DNA from: a phage
Strand: one strand, 5' to 3'
Sequence record: PZ452583.1
Length of the DNA stretch: 64,000 bases
Position numbers and translations under genes: made by a program. Of this stretch, positions 51,375-61,714 are shown piece after piece. The number at the start of each line of letters is the position of its first letter. Positions within the stretch are counted from its first letter, which is position 1. The notes under the pieces are model-generated. The model was given only the letters and a program-made list of their open reading frames with translations, was not told the origin of the DNA and made no database searches.

Positions 51375-54300
51375 ATGGCCGAGATTAAAAGAAAGTTCAG
51401 AGCAGAAGATGGTCTGGACGCAGGTGGTGATAAAATAATCAACGTAGCTTTAGCTGATCGTACCGTAGGAACTGACGGTGTTAACGTTGATTACTTAATT
51501 CAAGAAAACACAGTTCAACAATATGATCCAACTCGTGGATATTTAAAAGATTTTGTAATCATTTATGATAACCGCTTTTGGGCTGCTATAAATGATATTC
51601 CAAAACCAGCAGGAGCTTTTAATAGCGGACGCTGGAGAGCATTACGTACAGATGCTAACTGGATTACGGTTTCATCTGGTTCATATCAATTAAAATCTGG
51701 TGAAGCAATTTCGGTTAACACTGCAGCTGGAAATGACATTACGTTTACTTTACCGTCTTCTCCAATTGATGGTGATACTATCATTCTCCAAGATATTGGA
51801 GGAAAACCTGGAGTTAACCAAGTTTTAATTGTAGCTCCAGTGCAAAGTATTGTAAACTTTAGAGGTGAACAGGTACGTTCAGTACTAATGACTCATCCAA
51901 AGTCACAGCTAGTTTTAATTTTTAGTAATCGTCTGTGGCAAATGTATGTTGCTGATTATAGTAGAGAAGCTGTAATTGTAACACCAGCGAATACTTATCA
52001 AGCGCAATCAAATGATTTTATCGTACGTAGATTTACTTCTGCTGCACCAATTAATGTTAAACTTCCAAGATTTGCTAATCATGGCGATATTATTAATTTC
52101 GTTGATTTAGATAAACTGAATCCACTTTATCATACAATTGTTACTACATACGATGAAACGACTTCAGTACAAGAAGTTGGAACTCATTCCATTGAAGGCC
52201 GTACATCAATTGACGGTTTCTTGATGTTTGATGATAATGAGAAATTGTGGAGATTGTTTGACGGGGATAGTAAAGCGCGTTTACGCATTATAACGACTAA
52301 TTCTAATATTCGTCCAAACGAAGAAGTTATGGTATTTGGTGCGAATAACGGAACAACCCAAACAATTGAGCTTCAGCTTCCAACTAATATTTCTGTTGGT
52401 GATACTGTTAAAATTTCCATGAATTACATGAGAAAAGGACAAACAGTTAAAATCAAAGCTGCCGGTGAAGATAAAATTGCTTCTTCAGTTCAATTACTGC
52501 AATTCCCAAAACGCTCAGAATATCCGCCTGAAGCTGAATGGGTTACAGTCCAAGAATTAGTTTTTAACGGTGAAACTAATTATGTTCCAGTTTTACAACT
52601 TGCTTATATTGAAGATTCTGATGGAAAATATTGGGTTGTACAGCAAAACGTTCCAACTGTCGAAAGAGTAGATTCTTTAAATGATTCTACTAGAGCAAGA
52701 TTAGGCGTAATTGCTTTAGCTACACAAGCTCAAGCTAACGTCGATTTAGAAAATTCTCCACAAAAAGAATTAGCAATTACTCCAGAAACATTAGCTAACC
52801 GTACTGCTACTGAAACTCGTAGAGGTATTGCAAGAATAGCAACTACTGCTCAAGTGAATCAGAACACCACATTCTCTTTTGCTGATGATATTATCATCAC
52901 TCCTAAAAAGCTGAATGAAAGAACTGCTACAGAAACTCGCAGAGGTGTTGCAGAAATTGCTACTCAGCAAGAAACAAACGCAGGAACAGATGATACAACC
53001 ATCATTACTCCTAAAAAGCTTCAAGCTCGTCAAGGTTCTGAATCATTATCTGGTATTGTAACTTTTGTATCTACTGCAGGTGCTACTCCAGCTTCTAGCC
53101 GTGAATTAAATGGTACGAATGTTTATAATAAAAACACTAATAATTTAGTTGTTTCGCCAAAAGCTTTGGATCAGTATAAAGCTACTCCAACACAGCAAGG
53201 TGCAGTAATTTTAGCAGTTGAAAGTGAAGTAATTGCTGGTCAAAGTCAAGAAGGATGGGCAAATGCTGTTGTAACGCCAGAAACGTTACATAAAAAGACA
53301 TCAACTGATGCAAGAATTGGTTTAATTGAAATTGCTACGCAAAGTGAAGTTAATACAGGAACTGATTATACTCGTGCAGTCACTCCTAAAACTTTAAATG
53401 ACCGTAGAGCAACTGAAAGTTTAAGTGGTATAGCTGAAATTGCTACACAAGTTGAATTCGACGCAGGCGTCGACGATACTCGTATCTCTACACCATTAAA
53501 AATTAAAACCAGATTTAATAGTACTGATCGTACTTCTGTTGTTGCTCTATCTGGATTAGTTGAATCAGGAACTCTCTGGGACCATTATACCCTTAATATT
53601 CTTGAAGCAAATGAGACGCAACGTGGTACACTTCGTGTAGCTACACAAGTTGAAGCTGCTGCAGGAACATTAGATAATGTTTTAATAACTCCTAAAAAGC
53701 TTTTAGGTACTAAATCTACCGAATCGCAAGAAGGTGTTATTAAAGTTGCAACTCAGTCTGAAACTGTGACTGGAACGTCAGCGAACACTGCTGTATCTCC
53801 AAAAAATTTAAAATGGATTGTGCAGAGTGAACCTACTTGGGCAGCTACTACTGCAATAAGAGGTTTTGTTAAAACTTCATCTGGTTCAATTACATTCGTT
53901 GGTAATGATACAGTCGGTTCTACCCAAGATTTAGAACTGTATGAGAAAAATAGCTATGCGGTATCACCATATGAATTAAACCGTGTATTAGCAAATTATT
54001 TGCCATTAAAAGCAAAAGCTGCTGATACAAATTTATTGGATGGTCTAGATTCATCTCAGTTCATTCGTAGGGATATCGCACAGACGGTTAATGGTTCACT
54101 AACCTTAACCCAACAAACGAATCTGAGTGCCCCTCTTGTATCATCTAGTACTGCTACGTTTGGTGGATCAGTTTCGGCAAATAGTACATTAACTATTTCT
54201 AATACTGGAACGGCAACTCGTCTGATTTTTGAGAAAGGACCTCAAACTGGAACTAACCCAGCACAGACGATGACTATCAGAGTTTGGGGAAATCAGTTTG

Positions 54301-55244
54301 GTGGCGGATCAGATACAACGCGTTCTACTGTATTTGAAGTTGGTGATGAAACATCTAATCACTTTTATTCTCAACGTAATAAAGATGGGAATATAACGTT
54401 TAGCATTAATGGTACTGTGATGCCAATAAATGTTAACGCTTCAGGCACGTTAAATGCGAATGGCGTTGCAACATTCGGTCGTTCAGTTACAGCCAACGGT
54501 GAATTCATTAGCAAGTCTGCAAATGCTTTCAGAGCAATTAGTGGTGATTACGGATTCTTTATTCGCAATGATGCTGCTAATACCTATTTTATGCTCACTG
54601 CATCCGGTGATCAGACTGGCGGATTTAATGGATTACGTCCTTTGTCTATTAATAATGCATCTGGCCAAGTAACGATTGGTGAAAGCTTAATCATTGCCAA
54701 AGGTGCTACTATAAATTCTGGTGGTTTAACTGTTAACTCGAGAATTCGTTCTCAAGGTACTAAAACATCTGACTTATATACCCGTGCGCCAACATCTGAT
54801 ACTGTAGGATTCTGGTCAATTGATATTAACGATTCAGCCACTTATAACCAGTTCCCGGGTTATTTTAAAATGGTTGAAAAAACTAATGAAGTGACTGGAC
54901 TTCCGTACTTAGAACGTGGCGAAGAAGTTAAATCTCCTGGTACACTGACACAGTTTGGTAACACACTTGATTCGCTTTACCAAGATTGGATTACTTATCC
55001 AACGACACCAGAAGCGCGTACCACTCGCTGGACACGTACATGGCAGAAAACCAAAAACTCTTGGTCAAGTTTTGTTCAGGTATTTGACGGAGGTAACCCT
55101 CCTCAACCATCTGATATCGGTGCTTTACCATCTGATAATGCTACAATGGGGAATCTTACTATTCGTGATTTCTTACGAATTGGTAATGTTCGCATTATTC
55201 CTGACCCAGTGAATAAAACTGTTAAATTTGAATGGGTTGAATAA
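51375..55244 (+). CDS. 34: long tail fibre proximal subunit gp34
   Basis: 1289-aa ORF, T4 gp34 length; late promoter 51333-51340. Confidence 0.95.
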   Translation: MAEIKRKFRAEDGLDAGGDKIINVALADRTVGTDGVNVDYLIQENTVQQYDPTRGYLKDFVIIYDNRFWAAINDIPKPAGAFNSGRWRALRTDANWITVSSGSYQLKSGEAISVNTAAGNDITFTLPSSPIDGDTIILQDIGGKPGVNQVLIVAPVQSIVNFRGEQVRSVLMTHPKSQLVLIFSNRLWQMYVADYSREAVIVTPANTYQAQSNDFIVRRFTSAAPINVKLPRFANHGDIINFVDLDKLNPLYHTIVTTYDETTSVQEVGTHSIEGRTSIDGFLMFDDNEKLWRLFDGDSKARLRIITTNSNIRPNEEVMVFGANNGTTQTIELQLPTNISVGDTVKISMNYMRKGQTVKIKAAGEDKIASSVQLLQFPKRSEYPPEAEWVTVQELVFNGETNYVPVLQLAYIEDSDGKYWVVQQNVPTVERVDSLNDSTRARLGVIALATQAQANVDLENSPQKELAITPETLANRTATETRRGIARIATTAQVNQNTTFSFADDIIITPKKLNERTATETRRGVAEIATQQETNAGTDDTTIITPKKLQARQGSESLSGIVTFVSTAGATPASSRELNGTNVYNKNTNNLVVSPKALDQYKATPTQQGAVILAVESEVIAGQSQEGWANAVVTPETLHKKTSTDARIGLIEIATQSEVNTGTDYTRAVTPKTLNDRRATESLSGIAEIATQVEFDAGVDDTRISTPLKIKTRFNSTDRTSVVALSGLVESGTLWDHYTLNILEANETQRGTLRVATQVEAAAGTLDNVLITPKKLLGTKSTESQEGVIKVATQSETVTGTSANTAVSPKNLKWIVQSEPTWAATTAIRGFVKTSSGSITFVGNDTVGSTQDLELYEKNSYAVSPYELNRVLANYLPLKAKAADTNLLDGLDSSQFIRRDIAQTVNGSLTLTQQTNLSAPLVSSSTATFGGSVSANSTLTISNTGTATRLIFEKGPQTGTNPAQTMTIRVWGNQFGGGSDTTRSTVFEVGDETSNHFYSQRNKDGNITFSINGTVMPINVNASGTLNANGVATFGRSVTANGEFISKSANAFRAISGDYGFFIRNDAANTYFMLTASGDQTGGFNGLRPLSINNASGQVTIGESLIIAKGATINSGGLTVNSRIRSQGTKTSDLYTRAPTSDTVGFWSIDINDSATYNQFPGYFKMVEKTNEVTGLPYLERGEEVKSPGTLTQFGNTLDSLYQDWITYPTTPEARTTRWTRTWQKTKNSWSSFVQVFDGGNPPQPSDIGALPSDNATMGNLTIRDFLRIGNVRIIPDPVNKTVKFEWVE

Positions 55245-55252
55245 GAGGTATT

Positions 55253-56368
55253 ATGGAAAAATTTATGGCAGAGTTTGGACAAGGATATGTCCAAACGCCA
55301 TTTTTATCGGAAAGCAATTCAGTAAGATATAAAATAAGCATAGCGGGTTCTTGCCCGCTTTCTACAGCAGGACCATACGTTAAATTTCAGGATAATCCTG
55401 TAGGAAGTCAAACATTTAGCGCAGGCCTTCATTTAAGAGTTTTTGACCCTTCCACCGGAGCGTTAGTTGATAGTAAATCATATGCTTTTTCGACTTCAAA
55501 TGATACTACATCAGCTGCTTTTGCTAGCTTCATGAATTCTTTGACAAATAACAGAATTGTTGCTATATTAACTAACGGAAAGGTTAATTTTCCTCCTGAA
55601 GTAGTATCTTGGTTAAGAACAGCAGGAACGTCTGCTTTTCCATCTGACTCTGTATTGTCAAGATTCGACGTATCATATGCTGCTTTTTATACTTCTTCTA
55701 AAAGAGCTATTGCATTAGAGCATGTTAAACTGAGTAATAGAAAAAGCACAGATGATTATCAAACTATTTTAGATGTTGTATTTGACAGTTTAGAAGACGT
55801 CGGAGCTACCGGGTTTCCAAGAAGAACGTATGAAAGCGTTGAGCAATTTATGTCAGCGGTTGGTGGAACTAATAACGAAATTGCAAGATTACCAACTTCA
55901 GCTGCTATAAGTAAACTCTCTGATTATAATTTAATTCCTGGTGACGTTCTTTATCTTAAAGCCCAGTTATATGCCGATGCTGATTTACTTGCGCTTGGAA
56001 CTACAAATATATCTATCCGTTTTTATAATGCATCTAATGGATATATTTCCTCGACACAAGCTGAGTTTACTGGACAGGCTGGGTCTTGGGAATTAAAGGA
56101 AGACTATGTAGTTGTTCCAGAAAATGCAGTTGGATTTACGATATATGCACAGAGAACTGCTCAAGCGGGACAAGGCGGTATGCGAAATTTAAGCTTTTCT
56201 GAAGTATCAAGAAATGGCGGCATTTCAAAACCTGCTGAATTTGGCGTCAATGGTATTCGTGTTAATTATATCTGTGAATCTGCTTCACCTCCGGATATAA
56301 TGGTACTTCCTACGCAAGCATCGTCTAAAACTGGTAAAGTGTTTGGGCAAGAATTTAGAGAAGTATAA
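55253..56368 (+). CDS. 35: long tail fibre hinge (knee) protein gp35
   Basis: 371-aa ORF, T4 gp35-like. Confidence 0.9.
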   Translation: MEKFMAEFGQGYVQTPFLSESNSVRYKISIAGSCPLSTAGPYVKFQDNPVGSQTFSAGLHLRVFDPSTGALVDSKSYAFSTSNDTTSAAFASFMNSLTNNRIVAILTNGKVNFPPEVVSWLRTAGTSAFPSDSVLSRFDVSYAAFYTSSKRAIALEHVKLSNRKSTDDYQTILDVVFDSLEDVGATGFPRRTYESVEQFMSAVGGTNNEIARLPTSAAISKLSDYNLIPGDVLYLKAQLYADADLLALGTTNISIRFYNASNGYISSTQAEFTGQAGSWELKEDYVVVPENAVGFTIYAQRTAQAGQGGMRNLSFSEVSRNGGISKPAEFGVNGIRVNYICESASPPDIMVLPTQASSKTGKVFGQEFREV

Positions 56369-56373
56369 ATTGA

Positions 56374-56400
56374 GGGAGCCTTCGGGTTCCCTTTTTCTTT
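56374..56400 (+). terminator. rho-independent terminator after gene 35
   Basis: GGGAGCC-TTCG-GGTTCCC then TTTTTCTTT. Confidence 0.75.
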
Positions 56401-56407
56401 ATAAATA
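56400..56407 (+). promoter_or_regulatory. late promoter for gene 36
   Basis: exact TATAAATA right after the gene 35 terminator. Confidence 0.7.
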
Positions 56408-56430
56408 CTATTAAAATAAAGGGGCATACA

Positions 56431-57096
56431 ATGGCTGATTTAAAAGTAGGTTCAACAACCGGAGGCTCTGTCATTTGGCATCAAGGAAATTTTCCATTGA
56501 ATCCAGCCGGTGACGATGTACTCTATAAATCATTTAAAATATATTCAGAATATAATAAACCACAGGCAGCTGATAACGATTTCGTTTCTAAAGCTAATGG
56601 TGGTACTTATGCATCAAAGGTAACATTTAACGGCGGCGTCCAAGTCCCGTATGCTGTAAACAACACAAACCCATGCGGTATTTATCCAGGTAACGGTGAT
56701 AATGCTACTTTTGCTGTAGCAAATATTGATATTGTTTCGTGGAATGGTATTGGTTTTAAATCATCGCAAGGTTCAGCAGCCCGAACTGTTGTAATTAATG
56801 CACGTAATGGTGATATTAATACAAAAGGTGTTGTGTCTGCGGCAGGTCAAGTAAGAAGTGATGCAGCTGCTCCTATAGCAGCGAATGACCTTACTAGAAA
56901 GGACTATGTTGATGGAGCAATAAATACTGTTACAGCAAATGCGAACTCTAGAGTGTTGCGTTCTGGCGACACTATGATAGGTAATTTAACCGCGCCAAAC
57001 TTTTTCTCACAGAATCCTGCGTCTCAACCTTCACATGTTCCACGATTTGACCAAATCGTAATTAAGGATTCTGTTCAAGATTTCGGCTATTATTAA
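56431..57096 (+). CDS. 36: long tail fibre distal connector gp36
   Basis: 221-aa ORF; late promoter 56400-56407. Confidence 0.9.
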   Translation: MADLKVGSTTGGSVIWHQGNFPLNPAGDDVLYKSFKIYSEYNKPQAADNDFVSKANGGTYASKVTFNGGVQVPYAVNNTNPCGIYPGNGDNATFAVANIDIVSWNGIGFKSSQGSAARTVVINARNGDINTKGVVSAAGQVRSDAAAPIAANDLTRKDYVDGAINTVTANANSRVLRSGDTMIGNLTAPNFFSQNPASQPSHVPRFDQIVIKDSVQDFGYY

Positions 57097-57104
57097 GAGG
57101 ACTT

Positions 57105-60100
57105 ATGGCTACTTTAAAACAAATACAATTTAAAAGAAGCAAAACTGCAGGTCAACGTCCTGCTGCTTCAGTATTAGCCGAAGGTGAATTGGCTATAAAC
57201 TTAAAAGACCGTACTCTTTTTACTAAAGATGACTCGGGAAATATTATTGATTTAAGCATTACCGCTGGCGGTAATATTAGTGGAAATATCACTCAAACTG
57301 GCGATTATACACAGACTGGAAAATTTAATTTAATTGGTCCGCAAATTGTAGCAAGCGGTGGATATATTGAGTTTAATTATCGTACTACTGGAAGTGGGGC
57401 TTGGTCCGGTCAACACACTGCAAAAGCTCCAATTTTTGTAGATTTAAGCTCAGCTACTTCCACATCTGAATATAATCCTATAATTAAACAGCGCTTTAAA
57501 GATGGAACTTTTTCATTAGGTACTTTAGTTTCTGAAGGTTCGTTGAAGATTCATTATATTGATGAAACTGGTCAATCTAAATATTGGACATTTGCGCGCT
57601 CAGGTAATTTTCAAGTTGATTCTGGTAATTTATTAGTATCTGGTGGGTATTTAGTCGCTCAGAGTAATATTGAAACAAGAACAGGTTCTTTGATTGGTCC
57701 ATCTGTTGTAACTAAAAATATTTCATTTGATACGAAAGCGTTTGGACAATACGATTCGCAGTCATTAGTTCAATATGTTTATCCTGGAACTGGTGAAACA
57801 AACGGAATTAATTACCTTCGTAAATTCCGTGCAAAATCTGGTGGTACGATTTATCATGAATTAGCTTCTGCACAAACCGGAAAAAGTGATGAACTGTCTT
57901 GGTGGACCGGTAATACAGCCGTTAATAAACAAATGGGCCTTCGCAATGATGGGTCTTTAGTGTTGCGACGCTCACTCGCAATTGGTACAATTACAACAGA
58001 TGAAAACATTAATAATTACGGCTCCACTGGAGCAATGGGTGAATGCTATATAGTCATTGGAGATGCCGCAACTGGTGTATCATATAAAAGATCTGGTGTA
58101 TATGATTTAGTTGCTAATGGTCTTTCTATCGCGTCTATTACTCCTGACAGTTTCCGTAGTACTCGTAAAGCATTATTTGGACGTTCAGAAGACCAAGGCG
58201 GAACATGGAATATGCCTGGAACGAACGCTGCGCTTTTATCAGTTCAAACACAAGCTGATGGAAACTCTGCCGGTGATGGTCAAACCCACATTGGATATAA
58301 TTCTGGCGGTAAAATGAATCATTATTTTCGTGGTACTGGTCAGATGAATATCAATACCCAACAAGGTATGGAAATTAATCCAGGACTGTTGAAACTAACA
58401 ACCGGTACAAACAATGTAATGTTCTATGCTGATGGCGGTATTACATCTGTTAAGCAGCTTTCAATTTATAACGGCGTATATTTAGCAGCCAATAATTCTA
58501 CTGCTGGGCTAACATTCGCTCCAACTACTACAATTGATGGTACTAAGCAAATTTTGTGGGAAGGTGGTAAGCGTGCTGGTCAGAATAAAAGCTATGTAAC
58601 TGTTAAAGCGTGGGGTAATTCATTTAACGCATCTGGCGATCGTAATCGTGAAACAGTTTTTGAAGTAGCTGACGGACAAGGTTATTATTTTTATTCCCAA
58701 CGCGTAGCCCCAAGCGGCTCAGAAACTACTGGTCCTGTTGTAACCCAGTTTGCTGGAGCTGTTAATGCTAGAGGAAGTATTATTACTGACGGAAGTTTTA
58801 AAGTTAATGGATTAAGCACTTTAGTCGGTAATGTTACCATGTCTAATGGTTTGTTTGTCCAAGGTGGTTCTTCTATTACTGGACAAGTTAAAATCGGCGG
58901 AACTGCAGATGCATTAAGAATTTGGAATGCTGAATACGGGGCTATTTTCCGTCGTTCTGAAGATAAGCTTTATATTATTCCAACTCCGCAGAATGCTGGT
59001 GAATCAGGTGGTATTTCTAATTTACGTCCGTTCTATATTACATTAAGTACTGGTAAAGTTTCCATGGTTCATGATGTAGATATCGGCGGCGGTAGATTTA
59101 AAGTAGAAGTGGCTGGAACTACGGCTGGTCAACGTATTATAGTTAATGCAGCGAGCGATGCTATTAGAATAAATGCTCCAACACAAGAGTCTTCTAACTT
59201 CATTCAAGGACGTAAGGCTGATGTGAATAAATGGTATTTGGGTATTGGCGATGGCGGCAACGTCGTTCGTATGCACAGCTACACATATTCACATGGTATT
59301 GCATTAAATTCTGATTCTGTCGATATTACTAAGCCTCTTAAAGTCGGAAACGCCCAACTAGGAACTGACGGTAATATTACCAATGGTTCAGGAAACTTTG
59401 CCAACTTAAATACCACGTTAAATCGTAAAGTTAATTCTGGATTTATTACTTATGGAGCAACCTCTGGATGGTATAAGTTTGCAACAGTAACAATGCCACA
59501 ATCCACTTCGACAGTCTTCTTTAAAATAGTTGGAGGTTCTGGATTTAATAGCGGATTATTCACACAATGTAATATTGCTGAAATTGTTTTACGTACTAGT
59601 AATGAAAGACCTGCTGACTTAAATGCTGCATTATACACAAGAACAATTGGAGCTGCATTTAAAGATATTGCAGTTAATAACGTCTCTGGAGATACATATG
59701 ACATTTATGTTTCTGCTGGAACATATTGTAATCAATTAGCTTGTGAGTGGTCATGTACCGAAAATGCTACTGTTAGTGTTATTGGTATTAACTCATCTAC
59801 ACAATCACCTGTAGATGCTCTTCCAGATACAGCAGTTAACGGTCAAGTTGCTAATGTTCTTAATAACTTAGTTGATCGCGGTAAAGTTAAGCGTTATGAA
59901 GCCGATTCTGAAATAGCTATTAATAACCAAACCGGTATTCGTATCAGAAGCAACAGCGATAAAACTGGTTCTGTTGCTACAATGCTACGAAATGATGGCG
60001 GTAGTTTTTATATTCTGTTTACAGATAAAAATGCCACCGATGGCGCAGCAACTGTTAATGGTGATTGGAATAGTAAACGTCCTTTCGCAATTAACTTAAC

Positions 60101-60866
60101 AACCGGCGAAGTGATGATGAATAACGGCATAGCTGTTCGCAGCGCTGCTTTATTCTATAATAGCATAAACGTCAAAGATAATGGTTCTATTAACTTTGAT
60201 AAATCAGGCGCTAACCCGAGAAATATGAGAATATTTCATGCTGGCGATGCTTCTCGCGGTAACCGTATTGAAATTGCCGATGAAACTAACTATATTGCTT
60301 ACTTTGAAAAAACACCAGGTGGAGCTAATCGCTTTGTAGTAAATAATGCTACTGTAGCTGGTGTTAATCAAATGAATTCATTTGGTATTAACATCAATAA
60401 CGCACTTGGTGGAAATAGTATAGCGTTTGGCGATAATGACACTGGTATTAAGCAAAATGGCGATGGATTATTAGACATATATGCGAATGGTGTACAGACT
60501 TTCCGTTTCCAAAACGGTGATTTGTACTCATACAAAAATATAAATGCTCCAAACGTTTATATTCGTTCTGATATTCGTTTAAAATCTAACTTCAAACCTA
60601 TCGAAAATGCACTTGATAAAGTTGAAAAACTTAACGGTGTCATTTACGATAAAGCTGAATATATCGGTGGAGAGGCAATTGAAACTGAAGCGGGTATTGT
60701 GGCTCAAACGTTACAAGACGTTTTACCAGAAGCTGTCCGTGAAACAGAAGACAGTAAGGGTAATAAAATACTCACTGTTTCTTCTCAAGCCCAGATTGCT
60801 CTTCTGGTTGAAGCTGTGAAAACACTTTCTGCTCGTGTAAAAGAACTTGAATCTAAACTTATGTAA
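57105..60866 (+). CDS. 37: long tail fibre distal subunit gp37 with C-terminal intramolecular chaperone domain
   Basis: 1253-aa ORF; N-terminus is the conserved gp36-binding region; C-terminal about 100 aa (SDIRLKSNF...ARVKELESKLM) resembles autoproteolytic intramolecular chaperone domains. Confidence 0.92.
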   Translation: MATLKQIQFKRSKTAGQRPAASVLAEGELAINLKDRTLFTKDDSGNIIDLSITAGGNISGNITQTGDYTQTGKFNLIGPQIVASGGYIEFNYRTTGSGAWSGQHTAKAPIFVDLSSATSTSEYNPIIKQRFKDGTFSLGTLVSEGSLKIHYIDETGQSKYWTFARSGNFQVDSGNLLVSGGYLVAQSNIETRTGSLIGPSVVTKNISFDTKAFGQYDSQSLVQYVYPGTGETNGINYLRKFRAKSGGTIYHELASAQTGKSDELSWWTGNTAVNKQMGLRNDGSLVLRRSLAIGTITTDENINNYGSTGAMGECYIVIGDAATGVSYKRSGVYDLVANGLSIASITPDSFRSTRKALFGRSEDQGGTWNMPGTNAALLSVQTQADGNSAGDGQTHIGYNSGGKMNHYFRGTGQMNINTQQGMEINPGLLKLTTGTNNVMFYADGGITSVKQLSIYNGVYLAANNSTAGLTFAPTTTIDGTKQILWEGGKRAGQNKSYVTVKAWGNSFNASGDRNRETVFEVADGQGYYFYSQRVAPSGSETTGPVVTQFAGAVNARGSIITDGSFKVNGLSTLVGNVTMSNGLFVQGGSSITGQVKIGGTADALRIWNAEYGAIFRRSEDKLYIIPTPQNAGESGGISNLRPFYITLSTGKVSMVHDVDIGGGRFKVEVAGTTAGQRIIVNAASDAIRINAPTQESSNFIQGRKADVNKWYLGIGDGGNVVRMHSYTYSHGIALNSDSVDITKPLKVGNAQLGTDGNITNGSGNFANLNTTLNRKVNSGFITYGATSGWYKFATVTMPQSTSTVFFKIVGGSGFNSGLFTQCNIAEIVLRTSNERPADLNAALYTRTIGAAFKDIAVNNVSGDTYDIYVSAGTYCNQLACEWSCTENATVSVIGINSSTQSPVDALPDTAVNGQVANVLNNLVDRGKVKRYEADSEIAINNQTGIRIRSNSDKTGSVATMLRNDGGSFYILFTDKNATDGAATVNGDWNSKRPFAINLTTGEVMMNNGIAVRSAALFYNSINVKDNGSINFDKSGANPRNMRIFHAGDASRGNRIEIADETNYIAYFEKTPGGANRFVVNNATVAGVNQMNSFGININNALGGNSIAFGDNDTGIKQNGDGLLDIYANGVQTFRFQNGDLYSYKNINAPNVYIRSDIRLKSNFKPIENALDKVEKLNGVIYDKAEYIGGEAIETEAGIVAQTLQDVLPEAVRETEDSKGNKILTVSSQAQIALLVEAVKTLSARVKELESKLM

Positions 60867-60867
60867 A

Positions 60868-60885
60868 AGAGGGCTTCGGCCCTCT
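60868..60885 (+). terminator. hairpin between genes 37 and 38
   Basis: AGAGGGC-TTCG-GCCCTCT directly before the gene 38 SD AAGGA; weak U-tract. Confidence 0.45.
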
Positions 60886-60896
60886 AAGGATTTTTA

Positions 60897-61682
60897 ATGG
60901 CAATTGTAGGTGTTCCTGGCTGGATTGGTGAATCTGCCGTGAATGAAACTGGACAACGCTGGATGGATGCTGCAATGAAAGCAGTTCGCGTTTCAGTTCC
61001 TGGCTGGATGAGCTCAATGGCTGGACAATCTAAAGAAGTATATTACAGCATTGGTGCTAGCAATTCTTATAATAAAGACACGTTAATAAACTGGATAAAA
61101 GCCCAAGGAAGCACTCCTGTTGTTATTACTATTACAGGAAATATTGTTTCTCAATCTACTGGTGTTCCATGCTTAGATTTTCCTAGCTCATTAACTAATG
61201 CATACGTGACACTTAATATCAATTCAGGCGTGCATGTTTGGGGCCGTGGCGGGAATGGCGGAAATAACTCTGCCGGTGGAGCAGGAGGAACTGCAATAAA
61301 TAATGGAATTGGAACTAGATTGCGTATTAATAACAATGGTGTTATCGCAGGAGGCGGTGGCGGAGGCGGTGGCGGATACTACTCTCCTTTTTCACAAATG
61401 AAATTGACTTTTGGCGGAGGAGGCGGTCGTCCATTTGGTGCTGCTGGCGGGTCTGCTAATATGGAACAAGGAGCTACTGCTGGTACTATTTCTGCACCTG
61501 GTAAAGGGTCTGTCAATGGTATCTATAATGGCGGGAATGGTGGTGATGCCGGAGCTGCAGGAGGTAAATGTAATATTCGTGGTCAAGGATCAGAATATAA
61601 CGGTGGTGCTGCGGGTAAAGCTGTTACTGGTAATGCTCCAACTTGGACTAAAGTTGGCACAATATATGGTTCAAGAGTATAA
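60897..61682 (+). CDS. 38: receptor-recognising tail fibre adhesin gp38 (T2/T6 type)
   Basis: 261-aa ORF with conserved N-terminal gp37-attachment region and C-terminal glycine-rich motifs separated by variable segments. Confidence 0.85.
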   Translation: MAIVGVPGWIGESAVNETGQRWMDAAMKAVRVSVPGWMSSMAGQSKEVYYSIGASNSYNKDTLINWIKAQGSTPVVITITGNIVSQSTGVPCLDFPSSLTNAYVTLNINSGVHVWGRGGNGGNNSAGGAGGTAINNGIGTRLRINNNGVIAGGGGGGGGGYYSPFSQMKLTFGGGGGRPFGAAGGSANMEQGATAGTISAPGKGSVNGIYNGGNGGDAGAAGGKCNIRGQGSEYNGGAAGKAVTGNAPTWTKVGTIYGSRV

Positions 61683-61714
61683 TTTTTGAATAAATATCCT
61701 TAAAAGGAGGGTCT

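Noticed and set aside
52791-54672. Short ORFs on either strand inside gene 34
   Set aside because: Embedded in the 1289-codon tail fibre gene; typical spurious frames in a long ORF.
61151-61689. Repetitive glycine-codon tracts and embedded ORFs in gene 38, considered as a possible CRISPR-like or simple repeat array
   Set aside because: The repeats are GGN codon runs encoding glycine-rich motifs of gp38 and are not spaced direct repeats with unique spacers; the embedded ORFs are alternative frames of the same low-complexity DNA.
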